A stretch of DNA of 64,000 nucleotides from Opitutia bacterium. Its GTDB lineage: Bacteria; Verrucomicrobiota; Verrucomicrobiia; Opitutales; T3Sed10-336. Positions 58,430-64,000 of the stretch are shown in pieces. Every line of letters starts with the position of its first letter. Positions within the stretch are counted from its first letter, which is position 1. Position numbers and translations under genes: made by a program. The DNA lies in contig JBJHCF010000018.1 in assembly GCA_050506795.1 (NCBI GenBank), positions 1 through 64,000 on the forward strand, read 5' to 3'. The notes beneath the pieces are model-generated. The model was not told the origin of the DNA and did no database searches. It worked only from the letters and a program-made list of their open reading frames with translations.

Positions 58430-58887
58430 GAATGGCACTCGGTTTAGCGCCTCGTCGTTATCATATCCAAATCGGGATCGCTATTCTGCTTTCTGGAGCG
58501 CGGCGCTCCCGCGCAGCCGGTGCGGGCAAGATGCCCGCGCTCCCAAGTCGGCGGCCATGCGGGAGCATGGCCCTCCAGAATTTTTTGCGCGATTTGCGCA
58601 AGATTTCGGAAATAAGGGAATAAGGTGAATGGCGCTCGGATAAGGCGACGTATCGTTCGATGAAGCAAAAAATACAGCGGAGATCGGGCTCACACGGAGC
58701 CACAAAGACACGGAGATTTCTACCGGACCCACCTCCGTGAGCTCTCACCGGCCTGAGCTCGTCGAGGGCGTGACTCCGTGTGAGAACCTTCACAGTTTAG
58801 CAATGCCCTAAAACCAGGTGTGATTTTTGGTAAACTTGCCACAGTTGGACAACGCTACTTCGATCCACCAGCTTAACCGTGCCATTC
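58430..58887. mobile_element. MITE/REP-like module B (58430 to about 58580) plus a complete module A (58627-58887)
   Basis: Ends GAATGGCACTCGGTT, GAATGGCGCTCGGATAAG and CTTAACCGTGCCATTC, filling the gap between two convergent stop codons. Confidence 0.8.
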
Positions 58888-58890
58888 GAA

Positions 58891-61800
58891 CTACCGGGCG
58901 GGGACCTGAATCTCGATGACACCGAGGTCGTACGGTTCGCGGGTGGGTTCTTCCGGTGATTCCGGAATCTCAACTTCCGTCCCCATGGTGATCATCGGCA
59001 GGATTCCGGTGAGGTTCGGCTCGCCTTCCGTGAGACCTTCCCCAATCCTGACGACGAGCCTGTAATGGCCACCGGGTACATCCTCGATCCGAAAACTTCC
59101 ATCCTGGGAAACGTTCAAGACAAATTGACGCTTGGAAAAATGGTAGCGGCGCCCCTCTTCGGTTGCGTAGAATTCCCGCACGCGTTCGTTCATCTCCTCG
59201 CGGCGAAGTTCATACTCGGCCTGGATCGCCTCCCTGTCCTCGTCGGTCGTCGCGGAAGCGAGCGCTTCTCGAAATTCCCGGTACAACGCAATCGGTGCGG
59301 CTACGACCGGCGGGGTTGAAGGCATGGATTCCAGGAAATGCGAATGTGCGCGCCAGTCGATTTCTCCATCATACCCGTTGACCGACAGCCGTCCGATAAC
59401 CGTGCGACCTGCGCCGCCAAGAACGAGACGACGCGTCTCCCCGGGCGCGGCGGTGAATCTCGTTGTCTGGGTCATTGGCACCACCCTGGCGCGGCCATCG
59501 CGTATGTCCAGGGTGTGCGCGGCCTGAAGGTGAATCGGGGGAACGCGTTCGAAGACAAACGTTCCGTCGTCGGCGGTGGTGGTCCGGAGGTACAATTGAA
59601 GAATATGAAGTTGGCGCGGGTGATGTTCGTATGGCAGATGGGCGACCCCAAGCCATATCGATTCATCGCCGGCGGGCTCCGTGCCGACGAGCAGTTGCCC
59701 TTCCACCCGCGCCCAGGCTTCCAGGCGGATCGGTCCGTCGTTCAGTTCTTCCATTCGTGCTTCGCCATAGCCGGACTCATCCATAACCATAACTCCGAAG
59801 GCGTCCTGTTCCGACGAAAAGGAAAACCGCCCCTCCGTGTTCGCGATCGTCTTGCGCGTGCCGACTCCCTGCCCGGGCTCGACGGATTCGCCTTGAACCT
59901 GGACCCCGTCTACTCCCGCGGGAATGAGGTAAACGGTCGCTCCGGCCGCGGGGGTCCCGTCGGGGCGCAACACGGTGCCCCCCGGTCCACCGGTGAGGAG
60001 GACCGTTTCGGTTGGGGATTCCGCACCGCGCAGGGGCGTTTCACGGAGACCGCTGGAATCGCGATACACCGGATCGGGATTTTCTCCCGGCTCAAACTCG
60101 ATTACCAAATCCGTTTTGTCCGCCTGAATCATCCCGAGCAACTGGGACCGGCTTTGCGGGTTTACGCTGGCGTTGCGCGATGACAAATGGTATCCCTCGA
60201 TCCGGATGGAAAGCGTTATGGGTTCTTCGGGGACTCCCGCGAAATGGAAAAGCCCGTCACCGGCAGTGGTGGTCTCCAGTCTGTCCCACCCGTCCGGTCG
60301 TCCGAGGAGCACTCGGGTGCCTTCGGGTACGGGGTTCCCATCCGTCAGGTGAATCCGGCCTGCCAGTCTATGCCCCGGTTCCACCATAAGCGTTCCCATG
60401 TCCAGCGTTCCGTCGTCCAACGCGCGGACCTCTCGCGGAGTCGTGATTGGATAGAGCATTGATCCAAACACGCTCATCGTCTCGTCCAGCAGCACGCGTT
60501 GCACCGGGATGGCCCCCAGTTCTCCGAGAGAGTCCATCATCCCGTACACGAGGTACTCCCTTTGCGGGGGAAGATTCTCGAAAAGAAAACGCCCGTCTTC
60601 ATCCGTACCGACGGAGAAGTTGCCACCCGCGACATCAAAGCCTTGCGCCGCGCCCGACATCCCGACTTCGACGCCCGCGAGCGGCTGGCCGTCCTTCATT
60701 ACGCGACCACTGACCGAGACCCCTTCGGTCAGCGTGAATTCATGCACGGTGTCCCCCGACGCCATGAGCGGGAACACGCGGCGCGCCAGGCCTCGCGCTT
60801 CGATCGTAAACCCGGCCCTTTCGAACGGATCGCGGCTATGAATAACGAACTCCCCGCGTTCATCCGAGATGGCCAATGCATCGATCCCTTCGTACCGCCC
60901 GTACCAGGTGCGATCGTTCCGCGTCATTCCGTTAATCCGTACGACCGCCCCGGATACGGGGTGACCGTATTCATCCAACACACGTCCGCGAACCCGGTGG
61001 TTCGGGGTTTCGCCTTCGTGGACCGGTCGGAGCGGCACCTCCAGCGGTTCGGCGGAGGGATCGACATCTGCCACGAATTCCGGCTGGAACCCCGTGGCCG
61101 CGACCAGCACCTCGAACACAAGACTCGGGTCGAGACTTTCGATTGTGAAACGTCCCTCCGCGTCGCTGCGGGTCTCCTTCGCGCAGTCGGGATAACACGA
61201 TGGGCAAAGGACTCCCGGTCCTTGTTTCGGCGAGGCGGTGTTAATGAAGATCCTGGCGCCGGCGAGCGGTTCACCGGCCTCGTCCCTGATCACTCCGGTA
61301 AGATCCGGTCCCGCTTCCGGCAACGCGTCCTCACCTGCTCCACCGGTCCTGGCGTCGGTCAAACCAATCACGCCCAGAGCCACGAGCAGAAGCGTCGCGG
61401 TGACCGACCAGCGCGGGTGTTTTCTGAAACGCGCGATCATGGTAATACGCCTGGTCATCTGGCGGCGCTCCTCCAGGATGCCGACCATTCCGGGAAGGGC
61501 CGTCGATCGCGGGGCGCGCTCCAGGAGCCTGATGATTGTGGCACCGTAGGGACGGTTCTCATTGTCGGGGGCGTGGGAGAGAGCGAGTTCGTCGCACGCC
61601 AGTTCGCGGTCCGCCGCCATGCGCTGGAATCCGTACCAGAGAATCGGGTTGAACCAGTGTAAGGTTTTAAGCACGGTCGCCAGCCAGTGAGCGGCGACAT
61701 CGCGGCGTTTCACATGCGCGAGTTCGTGGAGGAAGACGCAGCGCAACTCCCGTGCGTCGAAGGAACGTGTGATTCCCGCGGGAACCAGGATGCGGGGACG

Positions 61801-62487
61801 AAGAATCCCGCACACGGCGGGACTCCTTACGGCGTCGGTTTCCAGGAGCCGGATCGAGGCGCGCAGGCCCAAGGCGGACCGGCATTCGTCAAGAACGCTC
61901 AGCACGCCGGCGTCGGTGACCGGAGTGGCGATCCGGAGGCGGCGGTTGAATCGAGCGTTCTGAATAAGTATTCGCGTTCCCAGTACGAGAACTCCGGCAA
62001 TCCAGATGCCCATGAGGACCAATGGAAGACTATTCGCGGTGGAGAGCACCGGGCGGGTGTCGCGAGCGGGAACAGGCTCCGCCCGCCTGTTCTCATACAT
62101 GTACGCTGAAGGTTCCCTCGCCGGATCGTATTGCCAGGCGGGAGGCGTTCCCCACCCATAGAAATCCGGGTTCTCGAATTGCCCCCCTATCGCGGCCTCG
62201 GCGTCATCGGCGGACGCGATCGCCGGATCCGTATCCACGGCCATCTCTCGCGTTGTGTCCGCGACACCGATCCCGATGGCCGCGATGTTGAAGATGCTCA
62301 CCGGGCTTTCCGGAGAGAAAGGGACGGCGAGCCGTACGAGAACAACCAGCCAAAGCGCATGGCGCCAGCGAGCGCTAAGATGATTTCGGAACGCCCATTG
62401 GATCGCGAGAACGATCAGGACCAGGACGGAGGCCTGCCACGACGTCCGGAGCAGCCAGGTGAAAAAGATCTCGAGGTAACTTTCCAT
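58891..62487 (-). CDS. BlaR1/MecR1-like M56 peptidase with tandem carboxypeptidase-regulatory-like domains
   Basis: HELAHVKRRD, HWFNP..W and RELACD; repeated G.V.D..G.P..GA / T..DGRF modules; CPSCYPDC motif. Confidence 0.92.
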   Translation of the reverse strand: MESYLEIFFTWLLRTSWQASVLVLIVLAIQWAFRNHLSARWRHALWLVVLVRLAVPFSPESPVSIFNIAAIGIGVADTTREMAVDTDPAIASADDAEAAIGGQFENPDFYGWGTPPAWQYDPAREPSAYMYENRRAEPVPARDTRPVLSTANSLPLVLMGIWIAGVLVLGTRILIQNARFNRRLRIATPVTDAGVLSVLDECRSALGLRASIRLLETDAVRSPAVCGILRPRILVPAGITRSFDARELRCVFLHELAHVKRRDVAAHWLATVLKTLHWFNPILWYGFQRMAADRELACDELALSHAPDNENRPYGATIIRLLERAPRSTALPGMVGILEERRQMTRRITMIARFRKHPRWSVTATLLLVALGVIGLTDARTGGAGEDALPEAGPDLTGVIRDEAGEPLAGARIFINTASPKQGPGVLCPSCYPDCAKETRSDAEGRFTIESLDPSLVFEVLVAATGFQPEFVADVDPSAEPLEVPLRPVHEGETPNHRVRGRVLDEYGHPVSGAVVRINGMTRNDRTWYGRYEGIDALAISDERGEFVIHSRDPFERAGFTIEARGLARRVFPLMASGDTVHEFTLTEGVSVSGRVMKDGQPLAGVEVGMSGAAQGFDVAGGNFSVGTDEDGRFLFENLPPQREYLVYGMMDSLGELGAIPVQRVLLDETMSVFGSMLYPITTPREVRALDDGTLDMGTLMVEPGHRLAGRIHLTDGNPVPEGTRVLLGRPDGWDRLETTTAGDGLFHFAGVPEEPITLSIRIEGYHLSSRNASVNPQSRSQLLGMIQADKTDLVIEFEPGENPDPVYRDSSGLRETPLRGAESPTETVLLTGGPGGTVLRPDGTPAAGATVYLIPAGVDGVQVQGESVEPGQGVGTRKTIANTEGRFSFSSEQDAFGVMVMDESGYGEARMEELNDGPIRLEAWARVEGQLLVGTEPAGDESIWLGVAHLPYEHHPRQLHILQLYLRTTTADDGTFVFERVPPIHLQAAHTLDIRDGRARVVPMTQTTRFTAAPGETRRLVLGGAGRTVIGRLSVNGYDGEIDWRAHSHFLESMPSTPPVVAAPIALYREFREALASATTDEDREAIQAEYELRREEMNERVREFYATEEGRRYHFSKRQFVLNVSQDGSFRIEDVPGGHYRLVVRIGEGLTEGEPNLTGILPMITMGTEVEIPESPEEPTREPYDLGVIEIQVPAR

Positions 62488-62488
62488 G

Positions 62489-62860
62489 TCATTTCTCCTT
62501 TTCCTCCAGGATTTTCTTGAGGCTCTCTATCTCCTCCTTGCTCAGATCGGTTTCCCGGACCAGATGCAGGAGCATGGGGCCGGGGTCGTTGCCGAAGACA
62601 CGTTGGGCAAAGGACCGGCTTTCCCGCCGGATGCATTTCCGCATGTCGATGGCCGGATGGTAAAGGTACCGTTTCCCGTCCGCAACGGTCTTCAAGGCCC
62701 CCTTCTTCACCAGCCGGTCGATCAAAGTTCTCACCGTGCGCGAACGCCACTCCTTCTGTGCCGATAAGACTTCGACCACCCGGCTGGACGAAACCCCCGG
62801 CTCTTTCCAGACCAGGTTCATCACCTCCCACTCCGAGTCCGATATTTTGATGGATTTCAT
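62489..62860 (-). CDS. BlaI/MecI/CopY family repressor
   Basis: ISDSEWEVMNLVW, TVRTLIDRLVKKG and LSKEEIESLKKIL motifs. Confidence 0.93.
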   Translation of the reverse strand: MKSIKISDSEWEVMNLVWKEPGVSSSRVVEVLSAQKEWRSRTVRTLIDRLVKKGALKTVADGKRYLYHPAIDMRKCIRRESRSFAQRVFGNDPGPMLLHLVRETDLSKEEIESLKKILEEKEK

Positions 62861-62891
62861 GGGCGCTTGTTCTCGCAAACACCACTTGTCA

Positions 62892-62907
62892 TGCTACAGT
62901 TGTAGCA
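62892..62907. promoter_or_regulatory. BlaI/CopY-type operator
   Basis: Perfect inverted repeat TGCTACA-GT-TGTAGCA containing the family consensus TACA-NN-TGTA, directly upstream of the repressor gene. Confidence 0.85.
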
Positions 62908-63034
62908 CGTTTGCAAGAGTTTTTTTAAAAGAAAAATCCCAGGGTCAACGCTCAACGCCACAGACATTTTTCTATGAACGTTTTAAATCAATGGGCACCA
63001 ATACAACCGACTCCGCAGACGCTCGGATTAGCAC

Positions 63035-63210
63035 CAATGGAACTCGGTTACGGCTGTTCATCCATTGATGAAACCGAATCGGGAAAGGGATCCTGCTTTC
63101 TGGAGGGCGGCGCTCCCGCGCAGCCGGTGCGGGCAGGATGCCCGCTCTCCCAGGTCGGCGGCCATGCGGGAGCATGGCCCTCCAGGGAAATAGCCGATGC
63201 GCTTCGGTTA
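63035..63210. mobile_element. MITE/REP-like module B, inverted
   Basis: Degenerate end AATGGAACTCGGTTA; GGCCATGCGGGAGCATGGCC palindrome. Confidence 0.75.
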
Positions 63211-63246
63211 TGATGTTAACGAATCCATTAATACAGCCAATCAGCC

Positions 63247-63325
63247 GTCCCTTCGGGACTATTTCAACTTCACATAGAAACCCGGCGTTAAAACGCCGGG
63301 CTATTTTCACCCGTCCCTCCGGGAC
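63247..63325. repeat. Triple-hairpin REP-like element
   Basis: GTCCCTTCGGGAC, CCCGGCGTT-AA-AACGCCGGG and GTCCCTCCGGGAC. Confidence 0.65.
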
Positions 63326-63355
63326 AAAAACAAAAGCGTGTAAGGTGCTTCGTTC

Positions 63356-64000
63356 TCACATATCGACTTCGAGAACGAGGACTTCGCCGGTGCCGGTGGT
63401 CACCGTTTGGTTCCGTGATTGGACGGGTCTTCCGCGGACGTTGATTTCATATTCGCCGGGAGGGAGGTTGCTGAAACGGAACCGGCCGTCAGAGGTCGTC
63501 GGTCCTTCCGGTTCGAACCAGACGGGCCAATCCTGGGGACGGTGCGAGCCTCTTCGCCGGGCGTAGACCTCGACTTGGGGAACGGGTTCGCCTGCTGCGT
63601 GGTCGACGACCTGTCCCTCGATCACCGCTCCCGGTTCCAGGTCGATCTCGATCGGTTGGCCCGGGGTGACCCTTCGGCGCAGGGGCTGGAAGTCACGCTC
63701 GAAGCTCAACTCGATGTGATAATCGCCCGGCACGTCGCGATTGACACCTTCAATTAAAAACCGTCCGTCCCGGTCGGTCATTGCGTCCGGCATGGAAAAG
63801 GAGTGCGAGCCGACCGGGCTGTACCTCAAGGTGATTTCCTCGCGGGCGAACGGTGTTCCGTCGGGCCGACGGACAATTCCCGATATATTGCTTCCCTCGG
63901 GCAGGGTCAGTGAAACTTCGTGAAAGGGAGTTTCGGAGTTCACGGCCAACACTTCCGACACCGCGTACGTTGCGCCGCGCCGGGCGACGATCCGGTACTC
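63356..64000 (-). CDS. C-terminal part of a carboxypeptidase-regulatory-like repeat protein; starts beyond the window
   Basis: ISGIVRRPDGTP, TDRDGRF, IEGQVVD and TTSDGRFRFSNLPPGEY motifs. Confidence 0.8.
   Translation of the reverse strand, partial: EYRIVARRGATYAVSEVLAVNSETPFHEVSLTLPEGSNISGIVRRPDGTPFAREEITLRYSPVGSHSFSMPDAMTDRDGRFLIEGVNRDVPGDYHIELSFERDFQPLRRRVTPGQPIEIDLEPGAVIEGQVVDHAAGEPVPQVEVYARRRGSHRPQDWPVWFEPEGPTTSDGRFRFSNLPPGEYEINVRGRPVQSRNQTVTTGTGEVLVLEVDM

Noticed and set aside
5545..63325. CRISPR array
   Set aside because: The repeats are dispersed, long and palindromic, with no regular repeat-spacer period and no cas genes.

Overview
A GC-rich bacterial window. The gene style (prepilin/H-X9-DG proteins, BlaI/M56 pairs, DUF1080, GxGYxYP) suggests Verrucomicrobiota or another PVC lineage; this is an inference. 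Layout: (1) 0.1-5.4 kb, a decaying polymorphic-toxin tail with an orphan Rhs core carrying three in-frame palindromic insertions, an unrecognised C-terminal toxin, a stop-interrupted immunity candidate, an integrase remnant and two toxin-antitoxin (TA) modules; (2) 6-17.4 kb, housekeeping genes (ybaK-like, thiH, thiS, apaG, beta-CASP nuclease, two CPA2 antiporters, GT4, tRNA-Asp); (3) 17.5-29 kb, a sugar locus (GntR/LacI regulator, DUF1080, GH38 mannosidase, GxGYxYP lipoprotein, UPF0261 plus TIM barrel, cupin, glycerate kinase); (4) 29.5-37 kb, cytochrome oxidase assembly genes followed by a type III PKS; (5) 37.6-39.1 kb, yefM-yoeB and a disrupted Rpn gene; (6) 39.4-56.5 kb, an all-minus-strand accessory island that is the best candidate for an undescribed system: pilin-like proteins, paralogous exported proteins, a stand-alone AraC behind an (AG)11 tract, a MauE-like protein, a secreted 10-Cys miniprotein, three paralogous GT-C-like membrane proteins, GtrA and two paralogous FAD enzymes; (7) 57-64 kb, vapBC, a cupin and blaI/blaR1-like genes with a TACA-NN-TGTA operator. 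A modular MITE/REP-like family with GAATGGCAC(TC)GGTTAAG ends recurs throughout. All calls come from motif reading by eye; no database searches were run.
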